DNA from: Bacilli bacterium
GTDB lineage: Bacteria > Bacillota_I > Bacilli_A > RFN20 > CAG-826
Direction: 5' to 3'
NCBI GenBank assembly: GCA_045597865.1
Contig: JAZLKX010000025.1
Location: 160,001-224,000 of the forward strand
DNA length: 64,000 nucleotides
The notes under the pieces are model-generated. The model had not been told where the DNA came from, did no database searches, and worked only from the letters and a program-made list of their open reading frames with translations. This document shows positions 49,601 through 59,748 of the stretch, in pieces. Both the position numbers and the translations under genes were made by a program. Every line of letters begins with the position of its first letter. Within the stretch, counting starts at the first letter, position 1.

Positions 49601-49942
49601 CTTTGGGATAGTATTTCTAATACTATTAAGACTGTTCCAGAACAACAATCTGATCAAAACTCATTGCTTAATTACTTCAAGTTATTAACCGCAACAAAAC
49701 GTGATTCTAGATATCCAACCTATGGTTATGTTGAAAACTCTGGTTCTCCAGCTGAAGGAGTTGCTCAAATCAAGTTCTCAGATGGAACAAACAGTGCATT
49801 CGTTGTAATCAACAATTCAAATTCACCATATTCAGGTGAGTATATGGGTGCTAGCGGATTTATTGGCAAATCAAACGGATCAACTTTGAGTGGTTCTAAC
49901 TATACAGTAGAGGCACATGGTTTCATTGTGCTTGATATCTAA
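46619..49942 (+). CDS. Lipoprotein alpha-amylase, GH13 (SusG/GH13_36-like), with three Big_2 domains and a CBM41-like module
   Basis: SFADSDGDGFGDLQGII, SYHGYDVTDYY, DMVINHTS, GFRLDAIKHI (nucleophile), VGEN (acid/base), SNHD, YYGDEIG; HYLR..QDY..W.LW.W module. Confidence 0.9.
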   Translation: MRKFKVLPIILASLCMCACDPGVVVIDPSTTVQGVTDLSLSDSTLSLTVGLTSTITAFVEAENPIDVTWVNQNPNIISVLGDGESASITGLAVGSATVSASCGNKCAVCKVTVSGNGGGGQVVVNSITLSAAEKTIDVGEEVEISATVDHTGNDTPVVSWSVANDSIVSLVPTDNKVKILGKAEGVTRVTASAGGCAAYCDVTVEGESVTFSIRLSSESLTLKEGATSTLTATTKPADASVVWRTSNEGVAKVSQSGVVTGVKAGTAVISATITQDDEIKTATCNVSVTSNAEEDDYAKKVSAWSEPGHIYFHYLRNSDQDYNRWALWFWNSYPVDDEGMLYGANPNGYDLKNVTPHTIGWMTKGECGETGNEPYIDQYGQIIDVDLTEDESTLIGGKSGKNIKLISSWEKEELDKNCVGFLIVDQSKMTGDDMWVSDSGGEVYIKKLGKYLENGKESYLHVYCVEGNSANYELTSGKQEVNNPTLTDKTGVYRSKNDITDLRHDAFASGVPTSSTFKDEKPGIGYQIFVPSFADSDGDGFGDLQGIISKLDYLEDLGVDVLWLTPIQESNSYHGYDVTDYYKIDSRFGTLSDYQELLYKAHQKGMKVLMDMVINHTSKSNVLYKKSQRAEKEIINGKEINYRDMYLWKFKGDKVRVWDEQPSTTTDGIQHANFITKNVEQVTDWYKDGTSDYYYFGKFGSGMAELNYSSQATRDYMTDMCKYWLSFGLDGFRLDAIKHIYLLSELDPAVNLGSDFITYDVGWKHYYNPEMGKYIDVTNDYSYDRNLNVLFWKQFAGTIKSAYPNCFLVGENFDGWNARMAPFYEAIDSQFDFQTYYALNEMKEDSIGSKIKDSLDTYSAYRGDTLINGAFTSNHDVSRMMNHAVVHNSDVQSKYGGGDAAHYGDVTQANLQEAINQSKYYAAISLLTPGVSWIYYGDEIGLCGNVNDKVQDSKGEIVDDHGNNVDRWYRQPMRWSNTYGTEGTVKYQFGGMEVLWDSISNTIKTVPEQQSDQNSLLNYFKLLTATKRDSRYPTYGYVENSGSPAEGVAQIKFSDGTNSAFVVINNSNSPYSGEYMGASGFIGKSNGSTLSGSNYTVEAHGFIVLDI

Positions 49943-49955
49943 GGAGGGAACGAAA

Positions 49956-50783
49956 ATGAAAAAAATCTTATTCTTAATCTCAACTTTATTCCTTCTTGGA
50001 GGCTGCGCAAGTAATGCTGATTCCTCTAATTTCGAAGAAAATGATGTTATTGACAATGAAAACAAAATAGTTCTTCGCTATGAAAATAGACTTCCAACCG
50101 TTTATAGAGGAAGTTCTAATTTCACTACATATTTACTTCTTTCACCTTTCGGTAGTATTGATATCGAAGGTGTTGAAGTTCAACCTGTAGTAAGTGATTT
50201 ATTCTATGAGAATACAGTTGTCTGGAAAGCAGAACCTGGCACTGATTTACCAACTCCAGAGCAAGTTAAGTCAAGCGTTCCAGGCGCAGCATTTAGAGGT
50301 TGGGCTTATTACGACGAAGACAACGATAATGTTTTCCCAGATTATTATACAAAAGTTCCTGTAAAAGAAGGTTTAGCCTTAAAGGCTATCTTTGATGGAA
50401 AAGAAGGCGGAATTGATCCAACACCAGGAACTACTGTTACATATAAAATTACTGATTTCGCAAACTGGGTTCCAAATGATGGAGCCAAAGTATTCGTTTG
50501 GACATGGGGTGGAGATTCAGGAAATGGTGCCTGGACCTCAGTAACACTTTCATATCAAGGCGAAAATAACAACTACAATAGCGTTACCGGAACATTTAAT
50601 GCACCAAGTAATATTACAGGATTTAATATTGCTCGTTGTTCATCAAGCACAACACTTCCAAATTGGCAAGCTGTTGGCGATGCTCCAGGTAGAGTTTATA
50701 ACAAAACTGCTGATGTCATGATTAGACCAGGTGTTTTAAATTACACAGCACCTGAGTTTGTCGAATATGAGTACAGAGCATAA
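49956..50783 (+). CDS. Lipoprotein with C-terminal CBM26-like starch-binding module
   Basis: Lipobox LGGC; LP.P.....F.GW repeat; W..NDGA.VFVW.WG...W...F.IARC...N.T.D module. Confidence 0.65.
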   Translation: MKKILFLISTLFLLGGCASNADSSNFEENDVIDNENKIVLRYENRLPTVYRGSSNFTTYLLLSPFGSIDIEGVEVQPVVSDLFYENTVVWKAEPGTDLPTPEQVKSSVPGAAFRGWAYYDEDNDNVFPDYYTKVPVKEGLALKAIFDGKEGGIDPTPGTTVTYKITDFANWVPNDGAKVFVWTWGGDSGNGAWTSVTLSYQGENNNYNSVTGTFNAPSNITGFNIARCSSSTTLPNWQAVGDAPGRVYNKTADVMIRPGVLNYTAPEFVEYEYRA

Positions 50784-50797
50784 TTGGAGGAAAATTT

Positions 50798-53700
50798 ATG
50801 GCAAAAAGAAAAACTTACCTTCCTGTCTTGCTACTTACATTAGCTAGTTCACTTCTTGTTACTGGTTGTAACGACTCTTTTGAGCCTATCGAAGATGAAG
50901 ACACTAATGCAATTGCTTTAGACGATCCAATTGAGTACGAAAAAGACGAAGAAAAAACAATCCGCCTTTCTCAAATGAGAGCAGAAGAACCTGCTGCACA
51001 AGAAGAAGTTACTCCAGATATCGTCAAAATTCATTATCATAATGATGATAATGCATGTAAAACCCGTCGTTTCTATACATGGGTTACAGGCGTAGATGGT
51101 GTTGAAAGAAAACCAACTGAAGCAACTTGGACTGGTACTGATATGGAGATTACTTTGGACTATTCAGAAATTCCTGAATATCAAGGTTCAATTTCAATTT
51201 TCTTCATTATTAAGGTTGCAGGTACTTGGGCTGGTCAATCAGAAGATACTGAATTCAAATATTCAACTTTCCCAATGACCAAAGATGGCGAGAAAAATGT
51301 AACCGAGATTTGGACAATTCCAGGTGAAGGTACTTCTATCGAAATTTACCAAACTGAAGAAGAAACCCAATTCCCAAAAATCAAAACTGCTAAATTTACA
51401 AACTTTAACACAATTCACTGTGTTTCCACTGTTGATAAAGACGGAAAAGCATGGATTCCAGATTCTTGGGAACTTTATGCATATGACAAGAGCTACTTGA
51501 ACATGACAGAAGCTTCACAAAAAGCAAATAAACGTCATTATTTATTCAAGAGCAGTGAAACTAGTGGTAAACCAACAACTAGTGAATTTGATATTAAATT
51601 TAATTACACTGCAAAAATTAACATTCAATATGTTATTGAGTCAATTTTCCCAGGATTCCCTGATAGAACTCAAAAAGTTATCGTTAGTTCTGAATATTTA
51701 TATCAATCCGAAAGATTTGAAGAATATTACACCTATGATGGCGATGATCTTGGAATGACTTATACAGCTGAATCCACAACATTTAAAGTTTGGAGTCCTA
51801 TTTCTGCAAACGTCACTTTAAATCTTTACGATGCAGGTGCTCCAAAATCTCTTGGTGGTAGTGATATTAAACGTACTGCCGAGATGTATTATTCAAAAGG
51901 CGGCATTTGGGAATTAACCGTTAAGGGAGATCTTAAAGGCAAATTCTATACGTATACAGTTACAAATGCTAACGGAACTGTTGAAGCAATGGATCCATAT
52001 GCTAAAGCATGTGGTGTTAATGGTATGAGAGGTTTTGTCTATGACAAAACATCTTCTGAAGCAAATCCAGAAGGTTGGAATTCTGTACCAGATGTTTGGC
52101 ATAATACTGAATTTGATATTACTTCACCTCAACAATTAGCAATTTACGAAGTCCATGTTCGTGATTTCACAATTGATGATTCTTGGGATAAAGATAATGG
52201 TAATCCAGAAAAAGGTGGAACATTTAATGCATTCGTTAAAGAAGGCACAAAATGTAATGGTGAAACAACTGGTTATGATCACTTAAAAGAACTCGGTGTT
52301 AACGCTGTTCAATTATTGCCAGTATTTGACTATGACAATGATGAAAGACCAGAAAAGAATAAATACAACTGGGGTTATAACCCACTTAACTACAACTGTG
52401 TTGAAGGTGTTTATTCATCTGATCCAACAGATCCACTCGCAAGAATTAAAGAATACAAGAATTTAATTATGAAAATGGCCAATAACGGCAATCATACACG
52501 TGTTATTATGGACGTTGTCTATAACCACGTTATGTCAGCCTCAGCAAGCTGTTTTACAAAATTAATGCCAAAATACTACTTCCGCTATGATGCAGATTGG
52601 AACTTACTTGATGGCTCTGGCTGTAATAACGAAGTTAAATCAGATGCAACAATGATGTCAAAATACATCGTTGATTCATGTTTGTGGTGGGCTAAAGAAT
52701 ATAAGATTAAAGGTTTTAGATTTGACCTTATGGGCTTACTTGATTCATGGACAATGAGAAAAGTAAAAGATTCATTATATGCATATGATCCAGACATTTA
52801 TGTCTATGGTGAAGGCTGGACTTCTGGCGGTTACCATGGAAAATATGAAGCTGAATATAACGCAGATGGTTCAGTTGCCTACATTAAAGAAGGCGGCTGT
52901 GAAACAGACGTTGTTTATAGAACACTTTATCCAAGCGAATCTTCTCCAGGATTACTTGGTGGATTTAATAACGGCGGTCGTGACTCCTTAAAAGGTGAGA
53001 ATGATCGTGGTTTTAGCAATTCTCCATATCCAAACTGGGGCTTTATTTCAAAGAGTTCTGGCGATGTTGGCACGGCTAGCGACAACGTCGCTTATATGTT
53101 AAAGGGTGGTAACTGTTATGGAATTAGAGGTGCGAACCCAGTTCAAACAATTGCCTACGCATCTTGTCACGATAACTACACACTTTGGGACCAACTTCGT
53201 TATACACTTGCACCAAGTGGTTACACATCTCACAAAGATGATTCAAGTGTTCCATGTGTTCCAAACGGAAATACAGAACCTGATACTTATGCATTACTAA
53301 ATGCAACAATTACAGCTCATGGTGCTATTTTTGCATCAAACTCTGCTGCATTTATTCAAGGTGGTGAAGAAATCTATCGTTCTAAGTCTGCTACACCAGC
53401 TGAACTTGAAGCATTAGGTTTATACCACAATGATAGTGAAATATATCCTGAGGATATAATTCGTCCATTCTCTGATGGAAATAGATATGTTCATTATTCA
53501 ACTGATCCAGAAATAGTTCAAGCTACAAGTGAAGTTTGGATGTATGGAAATATCACCTCACACAACTCCTATAAATCACCAGATATCATTAACTCCTTTA
53601 AGTGGGAAAGAAAATCTAATGTTAATGGTGTCAACGTTGCTGATCATTATAAAGGAATGTGGTCCAAGATGATTAAAACACATATTGAGTCAAATAAAGT

Positions 53701-53980
53701 TAGTTCAATTATTGGCGATCAATTCCTAAATGAATTCAATACCTGGACCAACGGAGAAGGTTCAACTGGTGTTGCACTTTGGAATGGTAACGTAGAAGGA
53801 ACCTCAGGTTATAAGTATGCTTTCTCAGGTAGAGGAGAAACTTATTTCGGCTGGGGAGATAATATCGGTGGAACAGTTGTCTATTCAACTGGATTTACCG
53901 AAGAACCACAACAAAGAATTAGCGGTGGTTATTTACATTTGCCACCTTATTCCTCAATTGTGGTAAAAGTTGGAGCTTAA
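50798..53980 (+). CDS. Lipoprotein type I pullulanase (GH13, CBM41-like plus CBM48)
   Basis: DLG..YT...TTFKVWSP, DPYAKA.G.NG, IYEVHVRDF, YNWGYNP, DVVYNH, GFRFDLMG, YGEGW, SCHDN; lipobox VTGC. Confidence 0.92.
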   Translation: MAKRKTYLPVLLLTLASSLLVTGCNDSFEPIEDEDTNAIALDDPIEYEKDEEKTIRLSQMRAEEPAAQEEVTPDIVKIHYHNDDNACKTRRFYTWVTGVDGVERKPTEATWTGTDMEITLDYSEIPEYQGSISIFFIIKVAGTWAGQSEDTEFKYSTFPMTKDGEKNVTEIWTIPGEGTSIEIYQTEEETQFPKIKTAKFTNFNTIHCVSTVDKDGKAWIPDSWELYAYDKSYLNMTEASQKANKRHYLFKSSETSGKPTTSEFDIKFNYTAKINIQYVIESIFPGFPDRTQKVIVSSEYLYQSERFEEYYTYDGDDLGMTYTAESTTFKVWSPISANVTLNLYDAGAPKSLGGSDIKRTAEMYYSKGGIWELTVKGDLKGKFYTYTVTNANGTVEAMDPYAKACGVNGMRGFVYDKTSSEANPEGWNSVPDVWHNTEFDITSPQQLAIYEVHVRDFTIDDSWDKDNGNPEKGGTFNAFVKEGTKCNGETTGYDHLKELGVNAVQLLPVFDYDNDERPEKNKYNWGYNPLNYNCVEGVYSSDPTDPLARIKEYKNLIMKMANNGNHTRVIMDVVYNHVMSASASCFTKLMPKYYFRYDADWNLLDGSGCNNEVKSDATMMSKYIVDSCLWWAKEYKIKGFRFDLMGLLDSWTMRKVKDSLYAYDPDIYVYGEGWTSGGYHGKYEAEYNADGSVAYIKEGGCETDVVYRTLYPSESSPGLLGGFNNGGRDSLKGENDRGFSNSPYPNWGFISKSSGDVGTASDNVAYMLKGGNCYGIRGANPVQTIAYASCHDNYTLWDQLRYTLAPSGYTSHKDDSSVPCVPNGNTEPDTYALLNATITAHGAIFASNSAAFIQGGEEIYRSKSATPAELEALGLYHNDSEIYPEDIIRPFSDGNRYVHYSTDPEIVQATSEVWMYGNITSHNSYKSPDIINSFKWERKSNVNGVNVADHYKGMWSKMIKTHIESNKVSSIIGDQFLNEFNTWTNGEGSTGVALWNGNVEGTSGYKYAFSGRGETYFGWGDNIGGTVVYSTGFTEEPQQRISGGYLHLPPYSSIVVKVGA

Positions 53981-53990
53981 GGGGGAAAAA

Positions 53991-54767
53991 ATGATGAAAA
54001 ACGGTATTAAATTATTTACAGTCTCACTCCTTAGCTTTGCTATTTTAGCAAGTTGTGATAATGGAGCATCTAAAAATGCTAATGGAAATAAGCTTGTTGC
54101 TTCTGTTACTTTAGACGAAACTTATAGAGTTTTGGATTTAGAAGATTCATTCCAACTTACTCCAACAATTACATTAAATGAAGGTGTCGAAGAAGCTACT
54201 TACGATGTTGAGTGGCGTTCTTCTAATCCATATGTTTGTGATGTAACTCAAGAAGGATTAGTTACTGCTTTAGGTGCTGGTACAACTACAATTTCAATTA
54301 TTGCAGGTTACAAAATTGCAACTTGTGATGTTCGTGTTCCAGGCCAAGGAGAGGATCCAGTACCACCTGGACCAACTCCACCTGTACCTCCAACACCTCC
54401 AGGACCAACTCCTCCAGGACCAGGACCAGATCCTGAACCTGAAGAAGAAGATGAAGAAAAGCAATGTACTGTTTACTTCTTTATTGATTACAATAACATC
54501 GATGAAAATGATACAACACACACAAAACTTTTAGCTAAATTTAAATGGTATGGTGATAGACCTATTTCAGAAGCTGAAGAGGTTCCAGCAAATCCAACAA
54601 CTCCGTTAGATCCTGCTTTCCCTTACTTCGTAGGTTGGTCAAATCATACTATTGTTGATACCAAAGATGACTTATGGGACTTAAGTTCCGATTTAATCGG
54701 AAACGGTTACTATTTCTATCTTTATGGTATTTGGTCTGATGTTTCACAAGGAGAATTTATAAAATGA
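53991..54767 (+). CDS. Lipoprotein with Big_2 domain, Pro-rich linker and Flg_new-like C-terminal domain
   Basis: Lipobox LASC; W.SSNP.V.DV...G.VTALGAGTTTI; PPGPTPP repeats; P..P....F.GW. Confidence 0.75.
   Translation: MMKNGIKLFTVSLLSFAILASCDNGASKNANGNKLVASVTLDETYRVLDLEDSFQLTPTITLNEGVEEATYDVEWRSSNPYVCDVTQEGLVTALGAGTTTISIIAGYKIATCDVRVPGQGEDPVPPGPTPPVPPTPPGPTPPGPGPDPEPEEEDEEKQCTVYFFIDYNNIDENDTTHTKLLAKFKWYGDRPISEAEEVPANPTTPLDPAFPYFVGWSNHTIVDTKDDLWDLSSDLIGNGYYFYLYGIWSDVSQGEFIK
54355..54440 (+). repeat. Low-complexity proline-rich linker (CCTCCAGGACCA-type repeats)
   Basis: Encodes DPVPPGPTPPVPPTPPGPTPPGPGPDPEP. Confidence 0.8.
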
Positions 54768-57700
54768 AAAAAGGTTTAAAATTATTCTCTCTTTTATTAG
54801 GTAGCAGCATCCTTTTATCTGGATGTGATCAGTTTACTTCTGATTGGCCTAATCAATTACCATCTCCAGAAGAAATGGGTATCGACACTCCTTGGAGTGA
54901 TTATTCAAACCCATGTTCTTCAATTACATTTGGTAAAGGCGATGCAAATGTAAATTTAAATAAGGGCGAAACACACACATACTCATATAGTGTTGAACCA
55001 AGAGATTTTGACACCTCATCACTTGTATGGGCATCAGATAATCCAGAAGTTGCCACCATTGAAAATGGTGTTTTAACAGCAGTTGGTGGTGGTAAAGCCA
55101 ACATTACCTTATCTTGTGGAGAAGTAGCAGCACGTTCACTTGTAACTGTTACAGTCCCAATTACCGAATTTAATGTATTAAATAAAGAAATTTCATTAGA
55201 TATTGAAGGTACTTCACAAATTAACTATGAATTTGCTCCTGAAGACACAACCCAAAACGCAGTTCAATATTCAACTGAATCCGACATCATTACTGTTTCA
55301 GATTCTGGTTTAATTACAGCTTTAGGCGTTGCAGGAGATGCTGAAGTTAAAGTTACTAATGAAGGTTTAAATAAAGTTGAAATTGTTAATGTCCATGTTT
55401 CTGATAACTGGAATTACATTTCGACCATGACTCTTTCTGGACCAAGTAAGTTAGAAGTTACTAAATCCAGCAATTTAACATGTAATGCTGTTGGTGTTGA
55501 TCCATCTAGAGAAGCTTCAGCACTTAGCAATAATAGCGTTGTTTACTCAGTTAAAGAAGGAAGCGAAGAATTCATTTCAGTTGATCCTGAAACAGGCGCT
55601 ATTACTGGTCTTGAACCAGGAACTGCAACTTTAGTTGCAAAACTTGTTGATGATAGACATCCTGAAGCTCTTTCTGAAGAAGCTTTAGAAGAGAAAACAT
55701 TCACAAGCGAATTTGCTGTTGAAGTATTTGAAGTTTCAATTGTCAGTCTTGATTTAACTGATTCTGAAACTATTGAACTTGATAATGCTGAAAATATTTC
55801 TCATCAATTATCTTATACATTCACTTTAAGTGATCCATCATTTGAAGAAGCTTCAAGAGCAAATATTGCTTATACTTCAAGCGACTTAGAAGTTGCTACA
55901 GTAAGCGAGAGTGGTCTTGTTGAAACTGTTGGTCCTGGCACTGCAACAATTACAGTTAAAGACTTAACCAGCAACGTTTCTGATTCAATTGATGTACATA
56001 CAACAATTTATGCAAAATCCATTACCTTAAATAGTAGTGGAGATTTCTATTTAGATGAATCTATTGAAATTAGCGCAAACGTTGTTCCAGCAAAGACAAC
56101 TGATTCAGTTGTTTGGGATTACGATGAAGCTTCAGGACACACATTTGTTGAGCAAGATAACAAACTTATTGTTACTTGTAACAATCTTGATTCTTCAGTA
56201 GATGTTAAAGCTAGTGTTGGAGGAGTTACATCTAACACCTTAACTTTAACTCCAAAAGAAAGAGAAGTTGCCTTTGAAAGCGGCAAAACTTACATCGTTG
56301 GTTCATCTAACTTCAAGACCGGTGTTTCAAAGGATGTTGAAGGCGGTTCTTGGAATGCTGCTAAATACGCATTTGTTATGACTGATAAGACAGGCAATGC
56401 ACATGCTAAGTATGAATACAAAGCAACAATTGAATTTAGAGAAAATGACGAATGGAAGATTCGTGAAAACGTTGAAGACTGGAGAGCAATCAGTTCTTCA
56501 AACGGTTTATATAAAGTAACCGAAGGTGCATTTGCTAAAGGTCAAATGAGCGTTAGCGGTACACCAGAAGAAGGCAATGTATTAGTTAATGTAGCTGGTA
56601 AATATGATGTTTATTATGCTTACTATGATGATACTGAAACAGGTTGGTATGAAGTTTATGTTGAAGAACATGGTATGAAGTTATCTTCAACTGATGTTCA
56701 CGCTAAATTAACTTCTCCAGTAACAGTTTCAACTATCAGCGTTGATAATTATGATGGAACAGTAGTTCTTGATGAAGTTGATGATGAATATATTTCCGCT
56801 TCATTTGATGCATTAACAAGCAAGATCTCAATTACTCCAGTTAAAGTTGGCAAAACTTCATTTAAAGTTCGCGATGACTATAAAGAAATTTTAGTTAATG
56901 TTGAAATTAAAGAAGGTTCTGATGCAAAACCAACTACTTACTATATTCGTGGTGATGCAGCAAATGGCTGGGGCATTGATGAAAGTTATGTCTTAAGAGA
57001 ATCAGCTGATGATAACAATTATGGTGAAATTTTAGATTTATATCTAAAAGCTGGTAGTTTCAAGATTGCTGATGAGAATTGGTCTGGTGGCACTGTTTGG
57101 GGCTATGAATATGATGGCCACACAACCATAACTGGTGGTGCTGCAGCTAACTTCACAGCAGGTGACAGCGATAATAATATTAAGTGTAATGTTGCAGGTT
57201 ACTATGACATTTACTTAACCAAAAATAATTATATTTCGATTGAAAATGCTGGCGTTGAACCAGTTCCATTTATGTGGGGTATTGCTGGTAGTGGAACAGG
57301 ATGGAAACTTGATACAGATCATCCATTTGTTGAAACAACATCAGAAGGCGATGCTATATACACCTACAAGTTAAATAACTTCGAATTTGCAAAAGATGCA
57401 ACATGGAAAGTTACAAATACAAAAGATGAATGGATTGCTAATAAATTAGGTGTTGGTTTTGATTTATCAAAATCAACAGCAGGTGCATTTGAAATCGATA
57501 AAGATGGAAACATTAAGGTTTTAACTGCCGGAACATATGACATTACCTTAAATATTTGGAATTTCGAATATGATGGTAAAGATGTCGTTGCTGGTGCACA
57601 AATCTATGCTGTAGCTCATGAAGCTCCAGCAGGACCATCAATTTCATTTGGCATTGCTAATCCAGAAGTTGCTGTTAATGGGACATTAGAAATTCCAGTA

Positions 57701-59695
57701 ACTGCCACAAATTGTAGTGGACTTACTTATTCTATTACTGAAGGTAATGAATATATCACACTTGATTTATTAAATAGTAACGATACAAAACTTATTGTTA
57801 ACGGCACTGAATACGAAGGAACTTCAACTGTTAAGGCAGCTGCAAGTGATGGTACAGAAGCAACTATTCAAATTGTTTGTAGCGAGTCTCCAACTCCAGT
57901 AGGAGATAAAGATTACATTGTAAAAGTTTGCCACGACGAAGTTTGGTCACAATTAGATATGAGCCAAACAGTAGGTGATGAATCACAATATGAATATACA
58001 GGTGATTTTGATAAAGATGATATCTTTGTAATTCATATGTATGGTGAAACCTGGTATCACTTTGAAGATGTCAAAGAAGGATGCCTCTCGCTTGTTTCCT
58101 TACAAGGAAGTGAAGACATTAAGTTTAATGCAGCAGGAAATTACACAATTTATGCTGATTACGATGCAGACGAAAAAGGTGATCATATTTGGATTAAGAA
58201 GAATGTTGCACCAGCCACAATGACCATTGAAGGCTCTGATCCAGTTACAATGTCTGTTCATGAAGGCGTTTCAGGTGAATTCATGTTATTAGATGTTTCT
58301 TTAGAAACAAATGAATTCTTCTCATTTGAATATGATGGAATTACTGTTGGATACAATGATTTGAAGGATGATTCTCCTGCAGGTGTTACTAGTAACACCG
58401 CAAAACACATTGCAGTTACAACAGCTGGTTCATACGACATCTATTTTGATACCGCTAAGATTGGCAGTGGATGCTTATACATCGCAGAGCACAAAGCAGT
58501 AACACCTGATTATGTTGCACATGCTTGTGTTGGTGGTTCCTGGATTGATATTCCAATGGAAAAAGATGATGAAGATCAGTATGTATTTACATATGATTTC
58601 TCTGAAGGTGATAGTTTCAAACTTCACTTAACAGGCGATGATTGGCGCGGATACGATAACTTAGAAGACGGATGCGCCTCATTAGTTAGCGTTGATCCAT
58701 TAGATAAAGATAAAAACATTTTAGTTACTGAAACTGCAAGATACACAGTTTATGCTAAACCAACAGATGGTAAAAATGTTTGGATTAACAAAGCTCCAGT
58801 TCCAGTAACAGGAGATTTCTCCGTTACAATTAATGGAACAAGCCACGATTTAACTTTGAATGAAAAGTCTGGTGAATATTATCTGGATAATATTGATTTA
58901 TCCCGTGACGATTTATTAGAGTTCTATAATGGCGATCAAAAATTAACAGTTTCAGCTAAAGTTGCTCCAGAAGGAAGTGCAAATAACTGCTTCCTTAATA
59001 GTTCTAACAAAATTGAACTTATTAGAGCTTTAGCTGCAAAAGAAGGCGAAGGAATTTATTTTGATCCAGTTAACAATACCGTTTGGGTTAATGGTAACCA
59101 TGAATCCTATAGCGTTGTTTGTAATGGTGAAGAATATGATCTTGAAGCACATGGTAGTGGTGATGGATATAAAGAATTCTCATTCACACTTGCAGAAGTT
59201 AGCGATGGCGATCAATTAGTCTTCAACAAGAATGGTTTAGTTGTTGATGCTGGCCCAGAAACTGGTACAGGCAACAACGCAACAGCCGATGATTATAAAG
59301 GCAATACTTTTTGTAAAGTTACAAAAGGTGGCGAGAACTTATCTGTTTACTTTAAAGTCTATGCAGATAGATATGAAGTTTGGGTTGGCGAGGCCAAAGG
59401 CGATGTAGTTACAGTTACATTTACCATTAATTATGGTACTGAAAGTGGCCAAGGCGTCTACATTGTCGGTGATTTCTGTGGTTGGGATCCAACTAAAGGT
59501 ATTAGAGGAACTTGGACAGAAGGCAACAACTGGGTATTTACAATAGAAATGCCTGTTGATACCGTTTGGTCATTCAAGTTCGTAATTAATAGTTATGATA
59601 ATCCAACTGATCCTGCTATAAGATGGGAAGAGAATCCAAATAGATCTTATACTTTCTTAGCAGATGGTTCAGAAACATTTGTTTGGCAAGCATAG
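54764..59695 (+). CDS. Large non-catalytic starch-binding lipoprotein: about five Big_2 domains, several SusE/F-like modules, C-terminal CBM20
   Basis: Lipobox LSGC; W.SDNPEVAT Ig repeats; repeated Y..G...W...FKI...W...AGxYDIY modules; VTFTINYGT..GQGVYIVG....WDP...W...FKFV....WE..PNR CBM20. Confidence 0.8.
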   Translation: MKKGLKLFSLLLGSSILLSGCDQFTSDWPNQLPSPEEMGIDTPWSDYSNPCSSITFGKGDANVNLNKGETHTYSYSVEPRDFDTSSLVWASDNPEVATIENGVLTAVGGGKANITLSCGEVAARSLVTVTVPITEFNVLNKEISLDIEGTSQINYEFAPEDTTQNAVQYSTESDIITVSDSGLITALGVAGDAEVKVTNEGLNKVEIVNVHVSDNWNYISTMTLSGPSKLEVTKSSNLTCNAVGVDPSREASALSNNSVVYSVKEGSEEFISVDPETGAITGLEPGTATLVAKLVDDRHPEALSEEALEEKTFTSEFAVEVFEVSIVSLDLTDSETIELDNAENISHQLSYTFTLSDPSFEEASRANIAYTSSDLEVATVSESGLVETVGPGTATITVKDLTSNVSDSIDVHTTIYAKSITLNSSGDFYLDESIEISANVVPAKTTDSVVWDYDEASGHTFVEQDNKLIVTCNNLDSSVDVKASVGGVTSNTLTLTPKEREVAFESGKTYIVGSSNFKTGVSKDVEGGSWNAAKYAFVMTDKTGNAHAKYEYKATIEFRENDEWKIRENVEDWRAISSSNGLYKVTEGAFAKGQMSVSGTPEEGNVLVNVAGKYDVYYAYYDDTETGWYEVYVEEHGMKLSSTDVHAKLTSPVTVSTISVDNYDGTVVLDEVDDEYISASFDALTSKISITPVKVGKTSFKVRDDYKEILVNVEIKEGSDAKPTTYYIRGDAANGWGIDESYVLRESADDNNYGEILDLYLKAGSFKIADENWSGGTVWGYEYDGHTTITGGAAANFTAGDSDNNIKCNVAGYYDIYLTKNNYISIENAGVEPVPFMWGIAGSGTGWKLDTDHPFVETTSEGDAIYTYKLNNFEFAKDATWKVTNTKDEWIANKLGVGFDLSKSTAGAFEIDKDGNIKVLTAGTYDITLNIWNFEYDGKDVVAGAQIYAVAHEAPAGPSISFGIANPEVAVNGTLEIPVTATNCSGLTYSITEGNEYITLDLLNSNDTKLIVNGTEYEGTSTVKAAASDGTEATIQIVCSESPTPVGDKDYIVKVCHDEVWSQLDMSQTVGDESQYEYTGDFDKDDIFVIHMYGETWYHFEDVKEGCLSLVSLQGSEDIKFNAAGNYTIYADYDADEKGDHIWIKKNVAPATMTIEGSDPVTMSVHEGVSGEFMLLDVSLETNEFFSFEYDGITVGYNDLKDDSPAGVTSNTAKHIAVTTAGSYDIYFDTAKIGSGCLYIAEHKAVTPDYVAHACVGGSWIDIPMEKDDEDQYVFTYDFSEGDSFKLHLTGDDWRGYDNLEDGCASLVSVDPLDKDKNILVTETARYTVYAKPTDGKNVWINKAPVPVTGDFSVTINGTSHDLTLNEKSGEYYLDNIDLSRDDLLEFYNGDQKLTVSAKVAPEGSANNCFLNSSNKIELIRALAAKEGEGIYFDPVNNTVWVNGNHESYSVVCNGEEYDLEAHGSGDGYKEFSFTLAEVSDGDQLVFNKNGLVVDAGPETGTGNNATADDYKGNTFCKVTKGGENLSVYFKVYADRYEVWVGEAKGDVVTVTFTINYGTESGQGVYIVGDFCGWDPTKGIRGTWTEGNNWVFTIEMPVDTVWSFKFVINSYDNPTDPAIRWEENPNRSYTFLADGSETFVWQA

Positions 59696-59711
59696 TAGAT
59701 TGTAATAACTC

Positions 59712-59748
59712 AATAAAGCGCGACCTCAAAAATCGCGCTTTTATTTTG
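59712..59748 (+). terminator. Terminator closing the enzyme/binding-protein operon
   Basis: AAAGCGCGA..TCGCGCTTT followed by T tract. Confidence 0.7.
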
